This document shows positions 25,501-37,310 of a stretch of DNA of 64,000 bases, piece after piece (position 1 is the first letter of the stretch; every line of letters begins with the position of its first letter). The stretch spans positions 24,738,001 to 24,802,000 of the forward strand of contig OZ241828.1 of the NCBI GenBank assembly GCA_965202585.1. Reading direction: 5' to 3'. Origin of the DNA: Thalia democratica. Its lineage: Eukaryota. Both the position numbers and the translations under genes were made by a program. Below the pieces are notes generated by a model. That model saw only the letters and a program-made list of their open reading frames with translations. It made no database searches and was not told where the DNA came from.

Positions 25501-28500
25501 AAGCTATTAAGATACAGCACAGAAAACTGATATAAATCAACTTGTATATTCAAACTTAATTAACAAAAAAAGTAACATTAGTGGTTATAAACAACAAATA
25601 TTTTAAACTTTTATGTTATGATACATCTGTTAGTATTTTATATTTTTTGATGTAGAAAAACTGAACATATTTGAATAAAGTTATTCGAGAACCTTTTATT
25701 AAGAAAATATACTAAAAAACAGACACACTAAGTCATAATTGTTGTGCAACTAAAACTGAAAGATCAATTTGTATGAATTAAATTAAAAATCAAAATTTAT
25801 ATTACTATAACTTTGTATTGTATCCTGTTTCAGGACTTTTATACCCAAGCTAAAACCTGTTACTATCAGTTTAAAATTTACAACCAAAATTTAAATTAAT
25901 AGTAGACTCTTTTTTTTATGAATAACAACAATCTATCTACAAAGCTTACGTTTAAATAAAGGAAACAAATTTTAAAACTATTCATAAACGTAATGAAGCT
26001 ACAAAATACATTAAAATACGTCACTACTTACGTGCCCAAATTTATTATGTAAAAAAAATAAAATATCTTCTTAAAAATAGTTTTTTTAAAACCACAAATT
26101 AGTTATATGAGGTTTGACTTATAAAACGATATCTATTTGTTTTTTTTTAGTTAAATTGTAATCAGCTTCAAGTTTAAAAAATTTTAAATTAACAATTGAC
26201 TTATTAAACACTGAGTAAAACATAGTAAAAAGTAAATTTTATGTAGAAACAGTTGCTTATTTTGAAAAAAAAATTTCACAGGAAAATTTTCACAGTAGTT
26301 TATAATTTTCTATTTTAATTTAATAATTTTATGAATAGACCACAGTAATTATTCCCTAAATATATTTATAAAATTTTCTAACTTATTTTTACATAACAAA
26401 ATAAAAATACCTAGTTAGTTTATTTTGAGAAAAAAACTCAATAACTGAGACGTATAAATAAGTAACTTACCTTAATTGTAATGTTGTTACGTAAACAGTT
26501 GTGAAAATTTATGTTTGTTTTATGTGTTTGAGAAGTAACATGCCGGTAAAGAAATAGATAAGAGTTGATAAAATACCTAATACAACAACTTTATCTCTAC
26601 TTACAGATTTTTTTCTAAACATGCAGTATAGCTTTAGTCATAACTCCTAAACCTTCTTTTAAAAATTTGTAAAAACTACTAAAACTAATCAAAATTTTAT
26701 ACTTCAGCAAAAATTGATCAATTTTTTTTTTAAAATTACTTTACAAAACTAATATATTACATACTAAAATGAATGAATAGCTTTTAAAATTACATTTAGA
26801 TTTATATTTTGATGTAAAAATCACCCCTTGGTTATTCTTCAAACAAGTTGAGTAGTAATTGATGGAGTAAAAATTTAAAATGTAAAATGTTAGGAAAAAA
26901 AATAAACTAAGTTACTAATTAAAAATAGCGTCTAGCTTATTTTCATGGTGAAGTAAAATTTTACAAAAGATCTTCACGATTTTACTGACCAAAAAATGTT
27001 TTAAAAACTTAAACTTCAACAGACTATATATTAGTTAAAACTATAAACTGATAATGAGATCATTGTTATCTAAAAAGCCGCAGTTGTGACAGAAACACCC
27101 ATCATAAGCGAACTTCAGCAACCAATTAAAATCCATCAAACAGCTTTAATTGGTGTTTCTAGAAGCGGTGTTTATGAAACACGTTTTTCACAATACCTCG
27201 TGCTATTTGCGTTAATTTCGTTAAATGTTACACCCTTTAGATTTGTTACAATAAAGACATTTACCACTTTATCTTTTAAGACTCTAAACTAAATTTTTTT
27301 AACTACTAAATAGTTGTTACATAGAATACTTTTGTTTTTGTTTTTAAAAATTAGTTTTAAACCAAAAAAAAAAATTTTTTTTACAGATTACTACTTACAA
27401 CTAAAAAATAATTTTTATTAAATATAAAACTCTTTTTAGTTTTAAATAAATTTAAGGACATTAAATATTATAACAAATAGATTAACTAGTTTAATAAAAA
27501 TTATTTATTGTACTTAAATTTTATTCAAAATTGTTAGTACTGGTTTTAACTGATTAACATTTAAACGTAAATAACTATAGATAGACATAGCAAAGCTTAA
27601 TAATTAAAAAGAATATATCTTACAATACCGAATGGTAGCTATTATATAAGCTAAATAAGTTTTTAGATTTAAATATTGATATTATAAAGTATAAAGTGCT
27701 TAACAAAAATGTGTAATGTGTATACAAACTAATTAAAATGTTAAGCTGTAAAAAACGAAAGTTACATAAGTAAAACAAAGTATTAAAAATAAACTAAAAA
27801 TACAATTTGTAATATAACTGAATTTTGTAAAGTAATTTTAATTGTTTTATTATACTAATTTTAAAATGCATTCAATTTATGCTTAAACTACCAATGATAC
27901 TTGCACAAACGTTTTTTTTGTGTTGTTGTTTATTTAGTCTTCGCAACGTAAAGTTAGATTTTTTAAATAGTAAATATTTTAGCAAGAGGTTTAAAAATAT
28001 AGAATATTTTTTAAGAAAAAGACTATGATTTTCTTTTACTTATTATATCATCAACAAAAAAATACGAGTAGGTAGTTTTGTTTATTTCAATGACAATCAA
28101 AAGTCGCTTCTCACATGCAACAGTTAACTGAGACCAGCACAAAGCCCTTTAATAACAAAACAAAGTTTTAGTTGTTGTTTTATGTCTCAAGTTCAATAGT
28201 GTTTTACGTCATTACATGCTAGTGTGAAACAAGTTTTTCGACTTTTCCAGTAAACAACATTTTGCACCCGTCATTTTAGTTTCTAATAACTAAAATGTTT
28301 TTGAATCTGTTTTTTTTAAACTTAGAAATTTTTACAGAAAAGTTTTTACCACTAAGTGTAAGTTAAGTTAAAAAAAATGTAAACTGGTTTTATTACTTAA
28401 GTTGTTCTTTAAATTTTTACTAATGTATTAAACAAAGTCATTAAAAAAAAACAACATTAAAAACGTTTTTATTAAACAGAACAAATAAATGTACTTTAAA

Positions 28501-28799
28501 ATTTTCAAAAGCTTTTATGAATTGTAAATGCTGATGAAAAAAAGGTATATTTGTTAAAAATTATGTAGTTAAATGAAGTTAAAGCATTTAATTTTACAAA
28601 CAAAAATAGCATAATTTATTAAGCTTTGTTAATAAAAAAAATAGTCATACTATAAATTTAAATTTTTTCAATTATATATTTTGCTTATAAGCTTGCAATT
28701 AGATTAATTAAGTACTTTGTAAAGTTTTCTAGTTGATTTTATTGCGAAATTTGCTCAATGTTTTTGTTTTAAATAAGCAGATATGAAAACAAGTCAATT

Positions 28800-29050
28800 T
28801 CTTAGAACAGCTCACTCAATTAGCTTTGCTTTGCACTTTTTTTCTCTAGCTCGAGCGCAAATTGCGCAAGCTTTTCTCTCAAACAACCTTTTTTTCTTCC
28901 AATGAGAATTGAGCTGCTGAAGTGTTACGTAAAACGCGCATATTGAAAACAGTGAACGTTCATTCGCTTTATGCTCAAACGAGCTTTCAACAATGCTCAG
29001 TTGTTTATTGGCAAAAGCTAGTCATGAGCTTTTCCCTTAATTTGAATATT
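28800..29050 (+). promoter_or_regulatory. Probable HDHD5 promoter
   Basis: Locally CpG/GC-richer patch ~0.7-0.9 kb upstream of the ATG. It holds a C/EBP-like ATTGCGCAAG (28861), CCAAT (28899), D-box TTACGTAA (28925) and ATTGG (29007). The TSS itself is not visible. Confidence 0.5.
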
Positions 29051-29725
29051 CTACTTATTTATTACTCATACCACATTATAGTACTATTAAGTCAAGTTTA
29101 TTGACTGTGGTAGAATGTTGGTTTAAATACAGCACATTTTATTATTTCAGTTATTAGTTAGTTTGCAAGGCAGGGTGTAGTCTTGTTTATTAGGTTTTTT
29201 TTAAGTGTTTATAAATTTTATGAAGTGTAGTTTACTAAGTTGCTTCTTAGTATATTTTTTAATAACTTGAAGCTTTAATATGCAAAGCTTTATTTTTAAT
29301 GTTATCAGTCAAATTTCTATAATTCAATGTAAATTTCTGTTTACTATTTTTTAAACTTTTTATTATTTATCTAAAATATTATTTTTTCTCACATGAAATT
29401 GTATGTTTGTGTTTTTATTTAATTGTGAGACAGATGAAAGTCACATTTTATCAAAAAATTTTTAAGAAATTTTTTACAAAAAAATGCTGTTCTCTCATTT
29501 AGCCACAATCAATAATCTTTCAAAACTCAGTAAATATCACTTAATAGATTTTCTGTAAAAGATTTAATAGTTATGTTTTAAAATATACAACCAGTTATAT
29601 ATATGTTTTTTTCCTAATTAGAATATATTTTTTAGAAACTTGTATATACTAAGCTTTTTATCTGGCTCTAAGGCCAAGAAATTTGTGGAAATTTATCAAC
29701 TGTCTATTGTACATAATTGTTTGAC

Positions 29726-29824
29726 ATGAAACTGTTTCGTCAAGTTAAAGATTTAGGAAAAAACAAAGCATGGCTTCAAGCACAAATAAAGAAGTTTCAC
29801 TCTTCCAATCCAAATAAAATGCAG
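29726..29824 (+). CDS. HDHD5: HDHD5/CECR5 exon 1 (probable mitochondrial targeting peptide, MKLFRQVKDLGKNKAWLQAQIKKFHSSNPNKMQ)
   Basis: ATG at 29726, 33 open codons, CAG|GTATAA donor in phase 0 matching exon 2. The basic, acid-poor N-terminus fits a presequence. Too short for the ORF track. Confidence 0.7.
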
Positions 29825-30170
29825 GTATAATGATTTAATTGTTTTTATGCATATTGAATATATCAATAAATTGTTAAAGCTATTGGATTTTTTAATAATT
29901 ACTTAAATTAAAAATTATTTTGTTTAAAAAAAATTCCTGAATTTAAAATAATTAAAAAGTATAGTTTATTTATAGTTGATTAATTACAATTAAGCTATTA
30001 AACAGCCAAAATTTATTGAAAAACATATTTTAAGTTATAATTTTTGTAAACATTTTGCTACAATAAATATTTGCACATTGGTGCTAATCAGCTACACATA
30101 TATTTATTTGTCTTAATAATCTTATTTATGGACAATAGTTATGTTTAAATATAACATTGTATAGTTATAG

Positions 30171-30191
30171 TATATATATATATATATATAT
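30171..30191. repeat. (TA)n microsatellite in HDHD5 intron 1
   Basis: Direct reading. Confidence 0.95.
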
Positions 30192-30299
30192 TTACAGTTA
30201 CAATTGTAGAAAAACCATGTCACAAGTCATGAGTTTTGTGAACATGTTGCTATATTAGTTATATTCCACATGTTTGAAATTAGTTTCTCCTGTCAACAG

Positions 30300-30500
30300 G
30301 ACAATGGAATAGGGTTGTTGTTTGACATCGACGGTGTGATCATGAGAGGAAAGAAGCTGATCCCGGCAGCCAAGCATGCCATGGAGTGCCTCACTGATGA
30401 CAACGGAAAGTTTGTGGTGCCCACTGTGTTTGTCACCAATGCTGGAAATTCATTGTGCGAAACAAAAGCTGAAAAATTGTCCAGTGTACTCGATATGGAG
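30300..30500 (+). CDS. HDHD5: HDHD5 exon 2, HAD motif I (LLFDIDGV) and motif II (FVTNAG)
   Basis: CAG| acceptor at 30299, GAG|GTGAGA donor at 30501. Translation DNGIGLLFDIDGVIMRGKKLIPAAKHAMECL...VPTVFVTNAGNS matches the HAD-IIA CECR5/HDHD5 family from recall. Confidence 0.95.
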
Positions 30501-30932
30501 GTGAGAGTTTTTGAATGTTTATTTTTGAGTGAAAAGTTTTTGATTAAAAATATTAATTATCTGTTAAATGTCATTTAAAAAGAATATACCTTTATTCAAA
30601 TATCATGTTTTCAATTCAAAAATCATATAAGTTGTACATTTTTAAATTTTTTTTTATTATAATGTATAACATGTCTTTCAAATATTTGACATGCTCTTGC
30701 AACCATTTTAAGTCTAAGATAAGCAAGTCAACACTGTGTCAATAAAGAATAAGTATGCATATGTGTGTTTTTTATAATATAAATTTTTGTGAATTTTTAG
30801 CAATCAATATCATGCAAAGATTATTAAAAAATAATACAATCTTACTCCTTATATTTATACCCCTTACTTACAAAGCATTTAAACAAAAACAGCACCTTCT
30901 TTGTGTAATACTAATCTCAATTCCATCCCCAG

Positions 30933-31136
30933 ATCTCCAAAGAGCAAGTGATGCTTTCTCACTCCCCACTCAGAATGTTCACAGAGTACCATGACAAATG
31001 CGTGTTGTTATCAGGACAGGGACCCATTGAACAGATCGCAAAGAGAATCGGCTTCACCAACACTGTCACCATAAATGACATCAGATCAGCTTATCCGTTC
31101 CTTGATATGGTCAGCCACACACCCAAGCCTGCTGAG
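30933..31136 (+). CDS. HDHD5: HDHD5 exon 3
   Basis: CCCCAG| acceptor, GAG|GTGAGA donor, phase 0/0. Translation ISKEQVMLSHSPLRMFTEYHDKCVLLSGQGP...AYPFLDMV resembles HDHD5 QVILSHSP...SGQGP...FPLLDMV. Confidence 0.95.
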
Positions 31137-31531
31137 GTGAGAGTTTGGTTGTATTGTTTTAAATATTTTATTAACATTAATGGTTTAGTTTTTCATATAA
31201 ATTTTGACATGGTTCTGGATATCAACAGAAAAAAACCTACATTTCATTTAGTTAGTACATGTAAAAAAAGTAATTTTTATAATGTAATACTTATGTGCTG
31301 TTTGGAATTAAAAATACTGTAAAAGATAAATTTTAGTTAATATTATCAATTTGAAAATTATCAAATATTTTTGTGTATTTCAACTTTTACAGTATGTACA
31401 CAAATTTTATTCTGATAACCATCAAAATACAGATGAAACACTATTGTTTTAAAAATAGATAGTAAAATATTACCAGTGGTTTTTAAAAGTATATTACTGT
31501 TTTTTTAAAAATTATATTTTTACTTTCACAG

Positions 31532-31746
31532 CCATCAAAGTACACTGCTGAAACGCTTCCCATCATCGACGCAGTAGTGCTCATGGGTGAACCAACCAAC
31601 TGGGAGACAAACCTCCAACTCATAATCGACATCCTGATGACAAACGGTTCACTCAGTAACGACACCAGTGGTTACGGTGAACAGAGGGTTCCTGTTCTGG
31701 CTTGCAACATGGACTTACAGTGGATGTCCGAATTCAGTCAGCCCAG
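31532..31746 (+). CDS. HDHD5: HDHD5 exon 4
   Basis: TTTCACAG| acceptor, AG|GTAAAG donor (phase 2). Translation ...IDAVVLMGEPTNWETNLQLIIDILMTNG...VPVLACNMDLQWMSEFSQPR. Confidence 0.95.
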
Positions 31747-32960
31747 GTAAAGTTCAATAATATTTTATTAGTTTGTTTAAATTTAGTTAATTTTTGTTAA
31801 AAAGAAGTTTGAACTTGAAAACAAATAAGAAATGTTTAAATTGAATTCAGTCAGCCCAGTAGAAAACAAGTTTTGTGAACTGGTTAATAAATTTAGCCAA
31901 GTTTGAACCAGTGTGAAAAGTTGTATTGAATCTAAAAAAAAATTTCAACTTTAATGTATTTCAACCAAGGTTTTTTTACTGCTGTCTGAATTCAGCTAGC
32001 TTGGGTAAAAATTAAATAATTGTTTTATTAATTTTGTTGGGTTTAGTTGATTGGTTGTATTTTGTAAGTAAATTTTATGATGTTTTTAAAAAGTTAAGCA
32101 AAGTTTAAACTAGTTTGTATAAACTTTAAACATCACATTTAAATAACAAATTTTGTGTAAATTAAGGTTATCTGAGTTCATTCAACTGAGGTTTGTATTT
32201 TAATGATTGATAAAAAAAAAATTTGTAACTATTTATGACAATTTTGTTTGAAAAGAAATGATTTACATATTTTAAAATATATCAGTTTTAAGTCAACTGT
32301 CATATGGTTTGATTTATTGAATGTATAGTTAAAAATAAAAATTTTGAAGCAAGTTCAGCTAATTTAATTTAGCAACATAAAAGTATAGTCTGTTAAATTA
32401 TTTTAGTCATGAGTGTGAGTTACTTAATTGCCAAAAAAAAGATCATAAATGAATTCTATGTCACATGTTTTAGATATTAAAAATTTAAATCAGTAGAAGC
32501 TGGCAGATAGAATGGCATTTTTATTTATCAGAGTTATAACTCTTGCCAGTTTTTTGAAGATTACTAAAGTTCTTGTGCCAGCTTATATGCCTTGTTTAAA
32601 AAATTCAAGTATTTATATTTTGCCATTTTATACACACTTTACAAAATCGATTAGTTTAACTCATGCCACTGTGTAAGTCACATATTCAGTTTCAAGCCAT
32701 TTATCTGTAGTTTTCATTCTTTTTCAAAACTGTAAGTGTTTTACTAGCAAAGTTTAACTTTTTATAACCTATACCTTCACACAGATCTTTTAATATTTAG
32801 TTTTATGTATCTCATGAAAGATAATTCAATTACTATTTGTTGAAATATTTTGGTAGTTTATTATTTTTCACATGTTTAACATATAGCTTAGCGTGTGCTG
32901 AGCTTTTCATATAAAAGTATGTTTTACAAGTCTACTCAAATTAATAATTCCAACTTACAG

Positions 32961-33149
32961 ATTCGGCCACGGAATGTTCCTGCACTGCTTGGAATCGGTG
33001 TACATGAAACTGGTGGGCAGACCGCTGATGTACTCGGCACTCGTGGGCAAGCCGTCATCGTCAACATACCAGTACGCCCAACAGCTTGTGCTGAGGGAGG
33101 CGCAGAAAATCGGTTTGAAGACTCCGATACACACCTTGTATGCTATAGG
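32961..33149 (+). CDS. HDHD5: HDHD5 exon 5, HAD motif III (GKPS)
   Basis: TTACAG| acceptor, GG|GTGAGT donor, phase 2/2. Translation RFGHGMFLHCLESVYMKLVGRPLMYSALVGKPSSSTYQYAQQL...LYAIG; the ORF track shows a different frame. Confidence 0.95.
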
Positions 33150-33687
33150 GTGAGTGTTATTATTTTTTGAAGTAGTTAGAAGTAGTTAAGTATTTTTAAT
33201 GTAAATACAAAATACTAATACACACTATGTATGCTATCGGGTGAGTGTTAAAAATTCCTTCTATTTTAAAATATTTGTATGTGATCTTTAGTGTCTAAAA
33301 ATATATATCTGATATACTTGTTTTTTTTTTCTATCTTAATATTCTTTCACAATTTTTATGCTTTGTAAAAAAAAATTGTACACAACATACAACTAACACT
33401 TTAAATAAAGTTAATAACAACAAGTTTTCTTTTTCATCATGAAGATTTTGGCCATGTTGTTTTGGATTATGAATAGTTTGTGGCATAATAATTTAAGTCT
33501 ATTTTATTTTAGTTTGAAATAGTTTACAAACGAAAACTAGAACCTTTACATAAGTTTTTTTTTACTAGTCTATTTCTTTACAATTGATACATGTTTGCAT
33601 GATGATCACATGAAAATAAGCTATTTATATATTGACTTCTATAAACTTAAAATTTTCTGTTAATAAATCCACTTATTTTTCATACAG

Positions 33688-33766
33688 AGACAACCCAATG
33701 GCGGATATATACGGTGCAAATTTGTACAACAGAATATTACAAAGAAAAGCAGTTTGCCCTGATGAG
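33688..33766 (+). CDS. HDHD5: HDHD5 exon 6, HAD motif IV (GDNPMADIYGA)
   Basis: CATACAG| acceptor, GAG|GTATTT donor; phase 2 in, phase 0 out. Translation (G)DNPMADIYGANLYNRILQRKAVCPDE. Confidence 0.93.
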
Positions 33767-34125
33767 GTATTTATTAACATTATTTGTTTTAAATATATAG
33801 TTATAACTGTTTACATATAATTACAACTTTACATAAATAAATCTAGTTTTAAGTTAAAAAACTTTAATTTAAAAACTTGTACTTTTAAATTTGATTAATT
33901 TTAATATTATTACTTATTTTGTTGTTTGCCTAGTTTAGGTGTTTGTTTTACTAATAGTTTTATAAATAATTTTTGATTAGGTATATAACAAACATTTTAA
34001 TAAGTTTTTCAACAAATCAAAGATATTTGTAGTATTGATATTTATTTTATTTTTATTTCAGATGTACTTGTTATAATTAAATATTTACCCTAAAGGTAAA
34101 ATTACTTAAGTCTTAATTAGGTTAA

Positions 34126-34807
34126 GGGCATAGGGGGGGGTAAACACCCTTTTTTGGTTTTTGATCTTATTTTATATAGTTTTTACTAAGCTACAAGATG
34201 CTTTTTACAGATTTTGAAAATTCAAAATATTTTTTTAGATATAGCCGGTCAAATTCGGAGGCTACAATAGGATCCTTATGGGAGGCGCAAACTAAAACGG
34301 CAAATAACTAGAAATCACTAAAAATCTATCTCCTCCTACATTTTTTGAGCTAACTACGTCAAATTTTCAGGAAATGTTCCTTGCAATATTTAGAAAATTC
34401 TGTCGGAACAGAATTTAAAAAAATTAAAAAATAAAAATTTTATTATAAAAAAACTAAAAAAAAAATGTTTTTTTTGTTTATTTTTTTTATAAAATTTTTT
34501 TTTTTCAATTTTTTAAAAATTCCTTCCGACAGAATTTTCTAAATATATCAAGGAACGTTTCCTGAAAGTTTGAGGTAGTTATCTCAAAAAACAAAGGAGA
34601 AGATAGATTTTTAGTGAAATAGTCTATTTTTGCTGTTTTAGTTTGCGCCTCCCATAAGAAACCTATTGTTGCCTCCGACTTTGACCGGCTTTATCTCAAA
34701 AATTATTTTGATTTTTTTAAATCTGTAAAAAGCATCTTGTAACTTAGTAAAAACTATATAAAATAAGATCAAAAACCAAAAAAGGGTGTTTACCCCCCCC
34801 TATGCCC
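34126..34807. mobile_element. 682-bp fully palindromic foldback MITE with TTAA target duplication (Kolobok/T2-like termini) in HDHD5 intron 6
   Basis: TTAA|GGGCATAGGGGGGGGTAAACACCC...GGGTGTTTACCCCCCCCTATGCCC|TTAA. The arms are reverse-complementary along essentially the whole ~340 bp. The superfamily call is inferred from the TTAA TSD plus RR..YY ends. Confidence 0.9.
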
Positions 34808-36416
34808 TTAAGTACATATCTATTGTGGTTAGTGTATTTATAAGTAAAAATTTATGATGTATTCTTGCGTATATTGTATATTAATTTTAGTATTATACAA
34901 AAATAATCTTTTTTTACTTAGGGTGTTATTTATTGTTTACAAATGAATTTTTATACTAAAGTATTTAGCAGACTTAAAAAAATAAAAATAATTTATTGTT
35001 TTTTACAGTCGCGTCAAGTCATTACTGCATCATGTAACGAAAAGAAAAAAATTAAAAAGGTAAAATTTATTTATCTTAAAAATATTACTATAAAAATCAA
35101 CAGTATGGCTTTAGAAATTTTTATGTATTATTATAAATTAGACATATAATATATTAAAATTTAAAGTATAATTTAGCTGGTTTTGGTTTAAATAACTACA
35201 ATTTGTAAGTTTTTTTAAACTGGTCATTTAAAACTTAAACTTGTGATGTTTTAATTTTTATGACTAGTCAATTGTTGCTCATACATTTAGAAGTCTATGA
35301 GAAAGTTGCTAAGTATAAAAAATGTATTAAAAACAAAAATAAACAGTAAAACTTTGGTACAGTTTAAAATAATTAAGTAAAATGTTTCAATTGGTTTTTG
35401 TCACATATTATGTACAACTTTAGTAGGAGTGTTAAAATTATTACTTAAAATTCAAATACTGAAAACCAATTTAAAACACAAGTAAATAATGCTAATTGTT
35501 TATGAAGAAAGTAGCTTTTACCAAATGCCATTATGACGTATTTGTTATTTTCATTGTGACGCGTACCATGAATTATTTAAACATTTTCTCCTTCTACACA
35601 AAAAAAAACAATATTTTTCAAACTAATATTGTTTTTTTGAAGTTGAAGGACATAATTCTATAAATTTTTTCTTTCTTAGTTGGATTAAAAATAAATTAAT
35701 TTGTTTGTCCTAAAAAAATTTTCCTTCAGACAAAACTATCGCATTAGTAAAAATAAAGTCCGATTGATTTTTTTGCAGCCAAATTCAATTCTTAAAAAAG
35801 CACATTTGAAAATTTTAATCTTTGCTGCATTCAAATCATTTTAGTTTTTTCTGCTAAAACATTTGGTATATTGATTTTCCTTGCAGCTTTTTCAGTATTT
35901 CAAATGTCAAAGAAAATTCTATTGATTTTAGACTTAATGCAATGCTTTTAAACTTGGGGTTTGATGAAAATGTATTTAAAAAAATATTGTTTTATAGATT
36001 TTATAATTTTTTTTGGTGATTTTTCAGGCAATCTTTGTTTTTCTGTAGTTTAAAGCATTTAAATAAAGAACTTACAAGTATTTTAAGGTGTACAAAACAA
36101 TTTTCATATAACATACACTAAATAACAAAATGTATTGGTTTATTTCAGAAGTTGTGGAACTTTTTTGATAATCGTGTACAATATTTCGGATTTGTTTAAT
36201 TCTTTTTATGTTTGTTTATCAAATATTGACACGAATCAAGAGTTGTTAGAAAAAAAAGTAAAATAGATAAATGTTTAAATTGATAATCAAAATTCAACAT
36301 TTAAGAAAAAAAATCTCAATATTTAAGACACTTACAGGAACCAAAACTTATAACGCATCTTTAAAAAGATATAACTTTCTAATTATTTATCAAAATTAAT
36401 AAACTTATACTTACAG

Positions 36417-36506
36417 GAACCAAAACTGTTGGAACAAACAGTGAAAACTTGCCACTCAGTTTTGGTGTGCACTGGAGTTTACGCCAACACTTCTAATAAA
36501 TACGAG
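36417..36506 (+). CDS. HDHD5: HDHD5 exon 7
   Basis: CTTACAG| acceptor, GAG|GTTAGT donor, phase 0/0. Translation EPKLLEQTVKTCHSVLVCTGVYANTSNKYE contains the family-like SxLVCTGVY motif. Confidence 0.9.
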
Positions 36507-36796
36507 GTTAGTGTTAGTTTTAAACATATATTAAGTAAAATTTCATTTCAATAACAATAGAATTTAATTAACTAATGAAATCAACAACAAAAAAGTACAA
36601 ATTGTGTTTTATTAATTATAAAAGTAATTAGATCAATTGATATATTTAGTGCAAATAAACCTGTATGAACTTCAATAAACAATAGTTCACTGGACTTGTT
36701 TTCTTTTTCATAAAACAACTATTATGCCCATTAACAACTTTATTATTTATTAATTTAAACTTAAATGAACTTTCTTTTTTGATTATTTAATCATAA

Positions 36797-37199
36797 CAGG
36801 GTTGCCACTTTACCTGGAATCCTGGAAAAGCCTGGAATTTGATAATTTAAGCAAAAAAAAAACCTGGAAAAACCTGGAACTTAAGAAATTAAAAAAAAAG
36901 CCTGGAAAAACCTGGAATTTCTAAGAATTTTAACATGTTCAGTAGTAAAATTTCGGTTTGACTCAAAAATTCATCATATAGATAAAAATTTTTTGTCATC
37001 ACCAAAAATTTTTTTATTAAAAAACACATTTAAAGTAGCTTTACTGTATCTAATCAGTCTTTTTTATACTATTTAACACAGTTTCTTACCTTAAATTTAG
37101 CTTTAAACAAAAAATAGACCTAAAAATGTGAAATTTAAAAAACCTGGAAGAAATTTGAAAAACCTGGAAAAATTTTCGAATAAACGAGTGGCAACCCTG
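36797..37199. mobile_element. 403-bp MITE with CAGGGTTGCCAC TIRs in HDHD5 intron 7
   Basis: Perfect 12-bp TIR (CAGGGTTGCCAC / GTGGCAACCCTG), flanking direct repeat ATCATAA on both sides, and multiple internal CCTGGAA motifs. Confidence 0.9.
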
Positions 37200-37310
37200 A
37201 TCATAATTAAGCCCAATTATTTCCCTTAATATGTATTTAAAAGTACAACTAGATAACTGCTAATCTTAAAGTTACTACTTTACTTTTAACCCGGTGATTT
37301 CCCCAAACAG

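Noticed and set aside
726-29104. Short ORF-track entries at 726-908, 3894-4097, 9847-10062, 27086-27292 and 28922-29104
   Set aside because: They are F/L/I/K/N-rich products of AT-rich DNA with no GC contrast or recognisable motif; the 9847 ORF lies in a duplicated noncoding module.
30498-31146. Identical GAG|GTGAGAGTTT starts of HDHD5 introns 2 and 3
   Set aside because: Most of the 13 nt is splice consensus and the similarity does not extend; not evidence for an introner.
30755-33170. ORFs 30755-30994 (+), 31483-31665 (-) and 32895-33170 (+) as separate proteins
   Set aside because: They are off-frame or antisense shadows of HDHD5 exons 3, 4 and 5.
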